The notes under the pieces are model-generated. The model had not been told where the DNA came from. It did no database searches and saw nothing but the letters and a program-made list of their open reading frames with translations. Below, piece by piece: positions 28,453 to 42,210 of a stretch of 64,000 nt of DNA. The stretch is from Octopus vulgaris (Eukaryota): NCBI GenBank assembly GCA_951406725.2, contig OX597825.1:55366001-55430000 (forward strand). The letters run 5' to 3'. The translations under genes and the position numbers were made by a program. Positions within the stretch are counted from its first letter, which is position 1, and the number at the start of each line of letters is the position of its first letter.

Positions 28453-28834
28453 TTAACCTTTTAACATTTAAAACAGTCATATCCAGCCAAATCATTGTAC
28501 CTGTTTTGTGTTCAAACCTGCCAGATTTGGCCTCTCACACATACTCTACAATGTCATTCTAGAAATAAACAATTACATTCATCAAAATTCTGAAGCTATC
28601 AGGTAATACACAATTAAAAACTATCTCTTTTACTCTTTTACTTGTTTTCGTCATTTGACTGTGGCTATGCTGGAGTACTGCCTTTAGTCGAGCAAATCGA
28701 CCCCAGGACTTATTTTTTTGGACACCTAGTACTTATTCTATTGGTCTCTTTTGCCGAACCGCGAAGTTACAGGGACATGAACATACCACCATCGGTTGTC
28801 AAGCGATGTTCGGGGGACAAACACAGGCACACAA

Positions 28835-28881
<47 letters not shown>

Positions 28882-29091
28882 TATATACGATGGGCTTCTT
28901 TCAGTTTCTGTCTACCAAATCCACTCACAAGGTTTTGGTCAGCCTGAGGCTATAGTAGAAGGTGCCATGCAGTGGGAATGAACCCGGAACCATGTGGTTG
29001 GTAAGCAAGCTACTTAACACACAGCCACTTCTCCGCATATATGGGAATAAATATTACATTTAACAGAGTAATCTGAATGCTGGAGGGTTAA
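28453..29091. mobile_element. TTAA-flanked piggyBac-type MITE interrupted by a SINE
   Basis: TTAACCTTTTAACATT...AATGCTGGAGGGTTAA. Same family at ~4681-4900, 11470-11645 and 26177-26400. Confidence 0.65.
28625..29040 (-). mobile_element. SINE family A
   Basis: Full-length copy nested in the TTAA MITE. Confidence 0.85.
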
Positions 29092-30377
29092 ATATGGTTT
29101 TCCAGGATATTCCTGGTCTTGTGGTTCATCACTTGACATAGCTCATATAGGTAATTACTGTATCAACCAGACTATCAGATGTTGATGATACACAGCTGAT
29201 CACAACGTGCTTCTTTGCATTGTTGTAACTCACGAATGATGCCATCCTGCTTGTTAGCCAGGCAGGCAGACAAGTAGGCCAATATTACCCCAGAACGGAA
29301 CGCCACTTCATCACAGGGTTACTCAGTTACAGTTGAGTGCACAGAAGCAACATGAAACGAGGTGTTTTGCTCAAGAACACAATATGCCACTGGTCTGCGA
29401 ATCAAAACCACAACCTTGTGTTCGTGAATGCAAGATGATATATTAGAATAAATATACTTAGTTTTAATTGGATGGTTTGAGAAAGACTTCCAGTTGGCTA
29501 TGCATACAAGTCAGTCTTTGCCATGTCACCAATGCCATCAGTGGGAAAGGCCATTATTCTAGTGCTGAAACAGCTCAGATCCAGTTTCCTCAAAACATTA
29601 TTGTCAGAATGGAGAGAGCCTGTCTACTTATCCAATTAGCATCTACTTCTACACATTGTGATATTGTGTCTACACAATGTCTGTCTATCTATGTGCCTAT
29701 CTTGTCAGTCTGATGATAGCTTAAAAGTCACTGTCAACAACATTCTTTTATAAGAATAATAAACTTCAAAGAAATGCAGCATGAAATTTTGTCAGTGAAC
29801 AGGTTGCAGTCTCAAAGTGATGAAATATTTTAGCAAATTAAATTTAAATGTTGAAGTGAATCTAATGGTTTTTGTATGTTTCTTAAATGGCTTATAAACA
29901 CCTTCCACGCTGCAATTGTTTTCGTTCCAGCACACAATCTCAGATCAGGTCACTTGCTATGCAAGTACATTTCCGTAATAATAAACTTGTACTCTACAAA
30001 AGTATAGCATAACCCAACCATATATTAAAATAAAATTGTTTTTATTATAACTGAACATAAAAACAGACATCAATACAGATGGATGGATGGATAGATAGAG
30101 AGAGAGAGAAAGAGAGAGAGAGAGTTATTAAGTATCCTTTAACAAGAAAAGTGCTGGCAGTAACTTTGAAGTTTTGGCTTGCTTAGCCTTCATGAGATAT
30201 TCAATGAAGGATAAACAGACTGAAACATCGAAGTCAGTGTCAACACTACTTTTGTTAAAGAATAATAAAAACGTACTTATGAAGATTATTGACTAATCCT
30301 TCAATTCAATCTAATGTAAAATTGCTTCATAGCTTGGTACAAAAATAAGTATTGGTACAAAAATAAGTATTATCATA

Positions 30378-30418
<41 letters not shown>

Positions 30419-30614
30419 GACAGGCTTCTTTCAGTATCCATCAACCAGATATCAATATAGTTTGTATTAATATAAATAGCTTATAAGAATAAATTTAGTG
30501 TTTTTTGTGTATATGTGTGAATGAGTGAGTAAGTGTGTGTGTGTGTGTGTGTTCAATAGAATGTTAGTAAAAGTAAGACTAGTATATTAGTGCAAATATA
30601 CAGTTATATTTGTA

Positions 30615-30754
30615 TGATGTGATTAACACAAAAGAAGTTAATTAATTGACAAACAAATAACAACAATTGTATTTATTTATAGATGGTCTAGAAACCCATA
30701 ATGAAGAGTTCATCAAGAGCATATGGATAAACGAATTTAATCAAAATTACTGGT
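30615..30754. repeat. Local duplication, copy 2
   Basis: Aligns with 27270-27420. Confidence 0.9.
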
Positions 30755-31074
30755 GATAGTGGTGATGGTGGTGGTGGAGGTAATAAAGATGAATTTTGTC
30801 GTTTGATGGCTGTGGTGAGATTTTTTGTGGTGGTCATGGCAGAGAGTGATACAGTGGTATGGTATGTGTACAGCTGTAGTGGTAAGGAATGGATATAGTG
30901 ATAGTAGTGGGGCTGGGGTAGTGACAGTGGTAGAATATGGATGAGTGAAATGGAGGGGATAGATAAAGTGGTAAGGGAATGATGATGGCAGCATCAGTAG
31001 TGATGGTATAGAATTAGAAAAATTGTGTGGAGGGAATGGCTATTGTAGTACTGGTAGTGGTCGTGGCATTGATA

Positions 31075-31360
31075 GTGGTTGTGATATGATGTTTGAGTTG
31101 ATGGTATTGATGATGATGTTGGTGGTGGTGATGTTGATGGTGGTAGTGATGATGGTGTTGATGCTGGTAATGGTGGTGGTGGTGATGGTGTTGGTAGTGG
31201 TGGTAGTGGTAATGGTGGTGGTGATGATGGTAATGGTGGTGATGGTATTGATGGTGGTGCTGATGATGATGGTAATGGTGGTGGTGATGATAACGGTGGT
31301 GGTGGTGGTAATAGTGTTGGTGGTGGTGGTGGCGATTGTAATGGAGGTGGTGGTAGAATG
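31075..31360. repeat. (GGT/GAT)n compound trinucleotide tract
   Basis: Directly visible. Similar tracts at 27425-27700 and 16720-16960. Confidence 0.95.
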
Positions 31361-31876
31361 CTTGTGAATGTGTAGTTCTGGTGGTGAGGGTGCTGTTGAC
31401 TTGTAGTAGTTGAGTTTGTGGTGATGATGATGGCGGTGTTAGCACTGATGCTGCTGATGATGATGTCGGTGATTGGGGGTGGGGTGTTTTTATTGGCAAT
31501 AGTTATAGTTGGTAGTAGGAGCCGTGGAAATGGAGGAAACAGTCAGAACAATCGCTATGATGATGCTGCTGCTGATGATGATGATATTCAAGACAGAGAT
31601 ATCCATGATGATGATATTCATGACAATAATGATGGTAGAGGCAATGCTGAAAAAGTGGTGGAGAAGAAGGATAAAGATGATGAGAAATGAGGAAGAGAAA
31701 GCGCAAGATGTCGACAATGATATATTAAACATAAAATAACAAAAACACCAATGCCAAGATGGCTGAAAGCCAAAACTCAGAAATTTCAACGACCAATTTT
31801 GAACATTTTGAAATACAAACATGAATGCTCATCCACCAAGCTACCAACTGGGCCACAGACATTTTAAATTATAACC

Positions 31877-31919
<43 letters not shown>

Positions 31920-32027
31920 TATACATATTTGTACTTGGATACATTAGAGGTCACAATATATATGTATCAATATGTATGATGTTGATAAAGAGATGGAGTG
32001 TGTGTATGTATGTTACTGTACATACAT

Positions 32028-32250
32028 ATAGGGGACTGGTGCCAAAAAGTTCCTGGCTTTGGTAAAAGAAAATACAGGAAGATCAGTTAATTATGCTTTT
32101 ATTTAACATATTTCCTTCTCAGACTCACAAATTTATTGTAGTAGTCTTTCAGTTGTTTCAAGTCCTGTAAAAGAAATCAGCAGGTAGGGCCTCCAATCAG
32201 GCCTTTCATGAAACCCTTAAAATCAGGAACTTTTCAGCACCCCTCATGTA
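32028..32250. mobile_element. Mariner-derived MITE
   Basis: Termini GGTGCCAAAAAGTTCCTGGCTTT and AAATCAGGAACTTTTCAGCACCCCTC are inverted repeats; TA-rich flanks. Confidence 0.7.
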
Positions 32251-32347
32251 CTATACTGTACAACAGAATATATTTTAAAGCCGCTTGTTATTTTTTTAAC
32301 TAATACTTGTGCATAGACAGCTGCAAACACCTTATCTTAAATATATA

Positions 32348-32572
32348 AAGTAATCCCTCGACTATCACAGGTGTTACATTCCAAAACTCCCATGATAGGT
32401 GAAAGTCCGTTCAGTAGAAACAGTTCTGTACTGTATATTTTTTTTTTATTATTATTATTTTCATAATTTGTACATTTATTTTATCATAAATGCAAAGCAA
32501 CACCACGGAGGAATTGACATAAGCTTAAATAATAAACCACAATAGGTGAACCGCAATAGGTGAACCACAATG
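32348..32572. mobile_element. Tigger/pogo-like MITE fragment
   Basis: Begins AGTAATCCCTCG; internal repeats of CAATAGGTGAACC. Confidence 0.45.
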
Positions 32573-32865
32573 GTATCAACCAGATTTTTGGATGCTGTTA
32601 TTCACAACTTGTCACAAGTTCACAATGTTTTAGCTTTCAAATGATGCCACCCCACTGATTAGTCAGGCAAGTCATTATTTCCCCTGAATAGAATGCCAGG
32701 TTATTGCATGGTTACTCTTTCATAATTGAGTGGACTGGAGCAACATAAAATGAATTATCTTGCTCAAGAACATTGAGCAAAAGTGGTCTTGAAGTTGAAA
32801 CCACAATCTTGCAATCATGTGTGCAACTTCCTAACCACTAGGCCAAGTAGCTTCGCACACATGTA

Positions 32866-34917
32866 TAGGGTGCGATGGATAAATTGTTGCCATTTTATAT
32901 TTTTAATTTCACACATGCACATTGTTTTTGATTTTGTCACCTACACAGTATAGTAGGGTCAGTTGGGCACCATCTGTGAGAAAAAAAGCATCATGACACT
33001 CTGCCAGAAATTTGAAAACAAGATGCTGTATTGCTAGGCATTTGTGTTGGGAGCTCCAATATGAACATTTCAGAGTTTTTGGGTGTCGATCCAAGGACAG
33101 TGCAATCTGAGGACATATAGCGAAAGTGATGAAAATCAAACACCAATCATCATGATGTTTGGAGTGATCACTAGTGATGGTGATGCTATGCTTCCTGTCA
33201 TCTTCCCACAATGCCTCACACTCAACACAGAGGCTTGCATCAAGTGCCTGGAGGAGGTAATGCTGTCTTGGGTCAAGAGGCTGGCTGCTGTAAGACCCTA
33301 TGGCAAAAGGACTTTGCACTGTGCCAAACAAGCAGGAGAACCCAGTCGTGGATCTCAGACAATTTTAGTGACCACATCACCTGTAACATCTAGCCACCTA
33401 ACTCCCTATACTGCAACCCCCTTGATTATTATGTGAGGGGCACAGTTGAGTGAGAGACCAACAAAACACCTTGTAACACGAAAGATGAACTGAAGGCAAG
33501 GATTATGGTACCATTCACCAACTTAAACTATAAGACTGTCCAGAAGAGTTGCAGGAGATTCCATAGTCATCTGGTGGCCATGGCTGGGGACAATGGCAAT
33601 TTTATTGAATACATCTACTCTTTAGTATTCCAAGATTTTTTATGTATTGGGTCATCCCATAAATAATGCAGATGTTTTTAATACTTTTTTTTATTTCTCA
33701 ATATTAAGATAAAGTTCTTTTTTAATCTAAAATATACTCTCCATTTTCTACAATATTCTTCCATCTATCTTGTAGACATGTAAGGTCTCTCTTCCAAAAT
33801 TCCCTTGTCGGTGATAAAAAAATATTCCTCCAGAACTGTTCCGACCTTGTCATATGGGGCAACATCCAGCGAAAATGGTAGGTGGGGCATCATTCTCATT
33901 CAGACTGCTCCAGCCTTTGGAATGTTATCCTCGTATGTGGCCAAGCATTATCCTGATGGAAGAACACCTTTTGTTTTGAAACCAAAGATGGTGGTTTTGT
34001 ACTGATTAAAACCACTCAAGATGCTCACAGTAGATCTCTCCTTTGTTATCGTTTGGTTTGGGTTTAAAAGTTCAAAGTGGACTAAACCTTTCATATCCCA
34101 CCAAATAGATAACACTTTATATGGATGAAGACCTTCTTTAGCCTTTCCCTACCCACTGTCTTGGGTGCTTGACATTTTTATAGAGAACCCATTTCTCATC
34201 ACCAGTCACTTTTGGGTTCAAAAAAGGTTCATTTGTGAGATGTGACAGCAAAGAAGAGCACACATTCACTCTCTGTGCACAACTAGACTTGGAAAGTTTG
34301 TGAGGAAGCTATTGACCCAATTTTCTGACTTTTAAATGGCATGCAGGTATCAATGAATGGTTGAATAACCAAATCCAAGCTTCTCTGCTAGTTCCTCAAC
34401 ATTTACAATGGGATTTTGTTCTACCAAGATTTGCAGGATGTCCTCATCGAGCTCTACAGGTCTTCCAGGACAAGGCTCATCTTCTAGGCTGTAGTTTCTG
34501 GCTTGGAATTTCTGGAACCACCATTGATACTGGCTTACACTTATTGTCTGATCCCCATATACTGGATTTATACTCTTCACATTGTGTTGTTGCCCTTATT
34601 GAACTCATGAAGCAAAATATGCCAAATACGCTCCTTTGTCACTTTCTTTATAGCTTTGAAAATATAACTGTTAAAATCAAAATTCAGTCTTCAAAACTTG
34701 CACAAAGAATAAGTACTAGGTAAAATTGCTTTCCGCTTTTATAGCAAGCTGATTCAGGTAATTTATCCCACCTCTAACTTTTAGCTGATGCAACTGAAAA
34801 AACTGCATTATTTATGGGAGGACCCAATAATTTTGGTAAATGTATCTGTTAAAATGAGATATCAGTGTTATTTTCATTTGTGTATAATTTAGATGACAGT
34901 TTATTCACCACACCCTG
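32866..34917 (+). mobile_element. Tc1/mariner-superfamily element (host of the mariner insertion)
   Basis: TIRs TAGGGTGCGATGGATAAATTGT / ACAGTTTATTCACCACACCCTG with TA flanks. Transposase remnant IMMFGVITSDGDAMLP...LNTEACIKCLEEV and a decayed W.PNSPD.NPLDY motif near 33395-33430. Confidence 0.85.
33647..34827 (-). mobile_element. Mariner transposon, near full length, decayed
   Basis: TIRs TTGGGTCATCCCATAAATAATGCAG / CTGCATTATTTATGGGAGGACCCAA with TA on both sides. Transposase remnant WFQKFQARNYSLEDEPCPGRPVELDEDIL...EELAEKLG and a TGDEKW motif near 34195-34210. Confidence 0.92.
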
Positions 34918-35059
34918 TATATGTCAATGCATGAAACTCTCAGCCCTTGAATCACTCCATAACTTCTGCCAATTATTAATAATACATATCTATACTTATG
35001 CTTTTAGTTCTATTTTCTTGAGTACATGACCAAACCTATATAAATATATATATATATAT

Positions 35060-35430
35060 ATCTTTTACTAGTTTCAGTCATTGGACTGCAGCTATGCATG
35101 AGCACTACCTTCAAGGATTTAAGCAAACAAATTGACTTCCATACTTATTTTTTAAGATTGGTATTTATTCTATCGGTCCTTTGCCAAACTGCTAAGTTAA
35201 GGGGATTTAAACCCACCAATACTAGTTGGGGGACAAACACACAGACAGAGACACACACACATAGATATATGCATTTATATAGCAGGTTTCTTTCAGATTC
35301 CATCTACAAAATCCATTCCCAAGGTTTTGGTTGGCCTAAGGTTATAGTAGAAGACACTTGCCCAAGGTTCCATGCAGTGGTACTGGAGACATGTGACTGG
35401 GAAGCAAGCCTTTTACCACACAGCCACATG
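35060..35430 (-). mobile_element. SINE family A
   Basis: Similarity to 57595-58010. Confidence 0.8.
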
Positions 35431-35482
35431 TGTGTGTGAGTGTGTGTATCTATGTATGTGTGTATGTGTGTGTGTGTGTGTG

Positions 35483-36290
35483 TGCAGATTTTAAGAAAGA
35501 CCTGCTAATAGTTTCATGCTACGGAGATATAATAATTTGGTAGATTTATATAACATGCCATGTATCTCCAAGCAATTTTTTAGGCTCGGTACATACTGTT
35601 AGGCATATTTGAAAACCAGGATACTGCTCCATGAGAAAACTTGAGAAAAACATAGGAAAAACTCAAAGAAGCTTGATGAAAAAGTGGAACAAAAGAATGA
35701 AAAGTAAGAAAACCAAGATCTTCATCCCCTTTGTCTGTAGAAATCATAATTTAGCTCATGTAGAAAAATATCACTGAGGGGAATGTAAAGTCTGTGAAAA
35801 TGTTACTCAATCCAGAGAGGGCACTGCCCTCCAGTTTGACAATTTGTCCATGTGCTTGCATTTGCTAAAAAGTTTGGATTTGGTATTAAGTAGTATGGCA
35901 GAATTCTTGGATCTAAAATGAATGTGCAGTCTTTCAACTACACATAACTTGCATCTCTTTGATCCATTCATATGCGGCATAGATTTCTCCATGATTCTCC
36001 ACTTGCTTCTATGTGGTGTGCAGTTGATCTTCAGATACTATACATGGCATCAACTAATTCATGTTTTCTCAAAGAACAGCATCCTAGCTTTCAAGCTGGT
36101 ATGCACTGAGCCAGAAAGATTGCTTGGAGACACATTGCATGTTATATAAATCTTCCAAAATTATTATATCTCTACAGCCTGAAACTATTAGCAGCTTTTT
36201 TAAAAAATTCTTTGCATATTAAATAACATTTATTTATCTCTCAGGGATGGAGTAATTATTTTGTTGATCCTACCTATAAAAGAACAGTAA
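35483..36290 (-). mobile_element. Penelope-like element 3' fragment with inverted pLTR copies
   Basis: ORF 35807-35992 (NGSKRCKLCVVERLHI...LLNTKSKLFSKCKH) is the same family as 44900-46200. Segment ~35495-35598 is the reverse complement of ~36099-36200. Confidence 0.82.
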
Positions 36291-37775
36291 TATATATATA
36301 TATTGCCCTACAAATGACTGCTGGTCACTTCCGAAACAAAATCAAATCAGCCAGTCTGAAATGTATAGAGTTAATGTCTGAATACACTGATTGGCAAAGA
36401 CACTGCATAAAATTCAAGACATAAATTAGAAGCTCCTCTATAGTAAAAAACTTTATCAATATGACATACTTAAATGTGCATGATTGAAATGCCAGAGGCT
36501 GCAGTTTCCATGCTAGAAAATTCCTGCTTTGGTTAGCCCAAAGCTATAGAAGATGATGCTTGCCTTAGTTTCCATTTATGATGTACATATTATGTACAAA
36601 AATTGTACATACGTAAGACCTGCCCACCACAACAGAATTGATATCCTAAAACCAGCTTGATAAAACTTGTCTTAGAGGGGTTCTGCCCCGTCAACCAACT
36701 CCTCTACCCACATTTTTCCCCTAGCAGAATAGGTATATACTCATACCTGGTTTTCTCAGTTACCTTTACTTCCCCCACCTACTGTTTACACCAATCATTA
36801 CCTTTCTGTGCCTTCTCTCCCCTCCCTCTGCTGCTCTCCATCATCAACTCCTCATTTACCTGCTATCACCCCTCAAAGCCCTCGCATATCTACTGCAATC
36901 CCTGCCCCCAAGCTTCTATATTTCCCTCCATCATTAGCTATAGTCACTCCATCCTGCCCACTCAACCATACCAAGCTTCTAAGTCACCTCACCTATTTTC
37001 AACACCCTCCAATGTCCCTTGAGGGCACGCCCCAACACATACCCGCAATCATCTCTCTCACAGTCACTCCCTTTACCTTACTCTCCAACATATTTTTCCT
37101 TTATTCTCCAAATGGAGTATCCATGTATCTACTCTTCAGCAAGACAACCTATATCTGTCCCATCTATAATTCAAATATCTTAACTGGAACAAAACCACAC
37201 AACCTCAATACTACTTCTTCAACTCCTAGTTGAGGGGTTCTAGTCATGCAAGATACATAGTTATTCTATCAGTGCTGGTGCCACATAAAATCACTGGCAT
37301 CACATAAAAAAACACTAATGATGGTGCCATGTAAAAAGCACTGGTGACGGTGCCACATAAAAAGCATCCAATATACTCTATAAAGTGGTTGAGGTTAAGA
37401 AGGGTATCTAGAGTCTAAACAGACAATGGCAACTGGTGTAGTACCTGGCTTTGTCAGCTCCTATCAACCAGTCCAACCCATACCAGCATGGAAACAAATA
37501 TTAAATAATGATGATTATGATGAGTATATACATACATGTTAGTATACACACATATATTACCATATACACATATATATATAATTATGTGTGTATGTGTGTT
37601 ATGTGCATATTATTTTCAAGAAACAAACTAATTTAATAAAACTTACTCAATATTGAATATATTACAGAAAACAAAATGAAAATGCAAAATGAATGATAAA
37701 AGTAATTTAACATGTTCAATATTTCTGTTTTTGCACATTTCTACACTTCTTCACACATACACACAAATACACACA

Positions 37776-37818
<43 letters not shown>

Positions 37819-38024
37819 ATACACACATATCTATACATATATTTACATATGTATATATATATATACATATATACATACACCCTTATATTTAAAATTCATA
37901 AATATATATGTACACACATCTTTTCTCATATTTATACACTGTTACTCATTCTTCTACACTTCATTAATACAAAGATTTTATTATTTCTGTATTTTGTGTC
38001 AGTAATATTATTATCATCATCATC

Positions 38025-38058
<34 letters not shown>

Positions 38059-38584
38059 TATTATTATTATTTAAACACAATAATAATACTGTAGATTGTT
38101 ATATCTTTATTTAAGTGTATTGGCAAGAAAACGAGCTGTTGTTTCTCAGTATGTTGCTTTTGTTGTTGTTATTGTTGTTTGTATGTTGTTCTGTTGTTTT
38201 TGAAGAAGAAAATATTTACTGAATTACAGAAAAATAAATTATGTCTGTCGAATAAACAATCTCAGCAATATTCACTTATTTTGTGTGTGTGTATATATAT
38301 GTGTGTGTGTATACACATATTCATGTGTACATTGAGAGTATGTATGTATGTATACATGTGTGTATATATATATGTTTATCCGAGGGAATGTGTGCATTGT
38401 GTACGTATATATTAATGTATGTGTGAGTATGTATATGTAAGTGTATGTGTGTGTTTACATGTATGTGTGCATATGCAATAGTACATACACATGTGTATAT
38501 GTAGAGATAGATATATCCGTATATGTATGCATATGTTTATGTTTATGTGTGAATCTGTACAAATATATGTACGTGTGTGTAAAG

Positions 38585-38617
<33 letters not shown>

Positions 38618-39069
38618 TTCATATAAGTATGTAGTTGTATCTGTGTGTAAAAGAATACACAGGTACATATATATGCACGCAAGAACTGATGTCATTTTGT
38701 TTTTCTTTTGTTTTCTTTTTTTAATATTTAATAAATTTTATTTCATTGAACATTCAGATGAATTTGCGTATCTGGTGTTGGTTTCTTTCGTATCAGTTTC
38801 TATCTTGATTTCTTTATTTACACATTGCTATCTGTCTCGATATATCATCATCATCATCATCATGTACACTTTCTATGCTGGCATGGATTGGGTGATTTGA
38901 CTGTCGAGATGCTCTTCCTGTCACTAACTCTTGCCTATTTTCTGCATGGACTTTGAACGCTACAGCTCATTGGCTGGTCATGTTTTCATAGAATATTCTA
39001 GACAACTGAAACCATTTTTGTAATAATGTTGATTTTGCTTACAATCACAAAGTAAATGTCAAAACAAGT

Positions 39070-39465
39070 AAGACGTTTGCTTCCCATCCACATGGTTCCA
39101 GGTTCAATCCCACTGTGTGGCACCTTGGGCAAATGTCTTCTACTATAACCTAGGGCCAACCATAGCCTTGTGAGGGAATTTGATGAACAAAAACTGAAAG
39201 AAGCCTATTGTGTGTGTGTGTGTGTGTGTGTGTGTACGTGTCTATGTGTACGTGCTTTTGTGTCTGTGTTTGTCCTCCCATAACATAGACAACTAGTGTT
39301 GGTGTGTTTACATCCCTGTAAGTTAGTGGTTCAGCCAAAGAGACCAAAAGACTAAGTACTAGGCTTATAAAAGAAAAAAAGGTCCTGGAGTTGATTTGTT
39401 CAACTAAAAATCTTCAAGGCAGTGCCCTAGTATGCCCAGTCAAATGAGTGAAACAAGTAAAAGAC
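39070..39465 (+). mobile_element. SINE family A
   Basis: GGTTCAATCCCACTGTGTGGCACCTTGGGCAAATGTCTTC...GAAACAAGTAAAAG. Confidence 0.82.
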
Positions 39466-39799
39466 ATATATATATCACCGTGACTGACCAGGCTATCAGA
39501 CGTTGCTACACATTGCTAGTCACAATGCGCTTTGCATTGTTTTAGCCTTCAAATGACATCACCCTGCTGGCTAAGCGAGCAGGCCAACAGAAGAGAGAGT
39601 GAGAGAAAGTTGTGGTGAAAGAGTACAGCAGGGATTGCCACCAACCCCTGCCAGAGCCTCATGGAGCTTTAAGTGTTTTCATTCAATAAACACTCACAAT
39701 GCCCGGTCTGGGAATCAAAACCACAATCCTACAACCGCAAGTCCACTGCCCTAACCAACTGGGCCATTGCGCCTCCACACACACACGCGTATATATATA

Positions 39800-39844
<45 letters not shown>

Positions 39845-42139
39845 CAGTGTGTGTGGTAAGAAGCTTGCTTCACAACTAAAGTACTCTATTGATACCTATT
39901 TCATTGATCCTGAATTGATGAAAGGGAGGCACAACTTTGGCAGCATTTGAACTAAGAACATAAAAACATGAAATACTGTTAAGTGCTTTTTCTGGCGCAT
40001 GGTTAAATATTTTAGATTAAGACAAGGTATGCTTTCGTTAGTAGCAATTACCTGGTTAATAACAAGTCTTCAAATTAACAGCTGGTTTCCTGATTAACTA
40101 GTTTTGAGGATACCAAGTTTGAGGTTTACAACGGATTATGCAGTGAACAGCAAAATTTTGGTTAACGATAAGTTCTGTTTGACAGCAAGCTTTTTAGTTA
40201 ACAGCAATTTTTTGGTTAATAGCATTCCAAGATTGAATTACATTTTATTAGCAAACAGTCGTTAACTTTTTTGGTAATAGGAATTTAAATAAATTTTGTT
40301 TATAATAGCAGTAATTACTGAGGGGCCAGGTGTGAAATAGAGGTTTAAATTCTTATTACAAGATTCTTTTAAAAAGTAAAAACACTCACCAAACACACAT
40401 ACATACAAAGGAAAACCATCCTTATATATGAGTGCCAAGGGTATGTATACTGCTTGGTACTGTCCTCACCCCTCACCAATACATGATTCAGATTAAGGCC
40501 CCTACCCACCAAGTTCTAAAACAGCTGCTTGTTATTTTGTAAACGACCTGGTGGCCCTCATCAAAATCATTCCCCAACCACTCTTAAACCACAAACTTAC
40601 AGTCTCTTCTCCCCACCACTATTTTACACGATATCAAACACAGATGCTTAGATGTTTTTGTTTTCTTTTTTTTTCTCTTTGACCTTGTTTTTAAAAGATA
40701 TTTTATTAACAACAGAGGCAATAATGCCACAAGATAATATTTATCCCTATTTAAACATAGATGTTCCGTTCGAACAAACTATACTGCCGTAGATACCATG
40801 AGAGAAACTCTCATATTGGCTTTCAGTGCAAAATGCACTTGTTTATATAGCCAGCAGGGAGATAAATCCCTACCAAGACCACCAGATCATGTGATTTCAA
40901 CCTTCCTTGATCCTGTCAATGATGAACACTCAACTGCTAGAGATAGCAGCGACTGACCCGTGATATATACAATATATAAGATATTTTTCTTTTCTCTGAG
41001 ATCCCATCTGTTTGACCAAATTTGACACCGTTACTGTCACACATCCAGTTTTGACATTAAATAGGTCAATCCTGATCAGACACCTACTACTAAAATATAT
41101 ATGTGTATATAATGATAGATATACACATGCACATTTGTCTGTATGGATGTATGTATTTGTCGATCCATCAGCTTGTGCATATATGTAATATATATATAGT
41201 GTGTGCGTATAGATATAAGCACGGCTATTTAAGTTGTTTGCTTCCAAGCCACATAGCTTTGAGTTCAGACCCACTGTATGGCACTTTGGGCAGCTTCCAC
41301 TATAGACATGAGCCAACCAAAACTTTGTGAGAGGGTTTATTAGCTGGTAACTGAAAGTCTGTCGTGCACATATTTATATATATATTTATATATATATGAT
41401 GTGTGTGCCTTAGTTTTTTCATGTCTCAACATTGAAGTGATCATTGTAAACAAGTATCTATGTCATACAAGTGGTGTCCTTTGTTTTCAATTTTCAGTGA
41501 AAATGTGTGTGGCCATGGAGAAATATCACTGAACTTGGAAACAGATTAGAGTTGGTGAAAGAAAGGGCATCTTACAGTGGAAAGTGAACATGTAAAAGTT
41601 CATGTGAACATAGAAAAGTACACGTTAAAATAATGATGACGATCATGATGATGCTATACATGTTTGTGCTTAATGTATAAACTTAAGTACAGGTGCAGGA
41701 TGGCATCAAGCCATAGAAACCATGCCACAACAGACAACTGGAGTCTGGACAGCTCCCCAGCTGGCTAGCTCCTGTCAAACTGTCCAACCCATGCCAGCAA
41801 GAAAATAGATCTTAAACGATGATGACGATGATTATATATATAGATATATATGGAGTTGTGTGTGTATATCTTTGTGAGCAGATATATTTTTATTAACATT
41901 TAGCAGAAGCAAGAAAGTGACTCAACAGCTGAATGTTTTGTGTGCTTTGATAAGTGCCAATGCATGAAACTCTCAGCTTTTGAGTCCCTCTGTTGCTTCA
42001 GCTCAATATTAATTTAAACAAACACATACTCATATAATGAGTTCTATTTTTCTTGGTTGCATCACCATATCTGTATGTACACAGATAGAAATACACAAAC
42101 ACACATACATATGTGTATGTGAGTGTATGTATGTATATG

Positions 42140-42210
<71 letters not shown>

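Noticed and set aside
31014-31822. His-rich, Val/Met-rich and Asp-rich ORFs
   Set aside because: Trinucleotide low-complexity tract open in several frames, with no splice or domain support.
38758-38850. Hydrophobic exon candidate DEFAYLVLVSFVSVSILISLF
   Set aside because: The acceptor is plausible, but hydrophobicity follows from T richness, there is no good donor, and the frame runs into a repeat.
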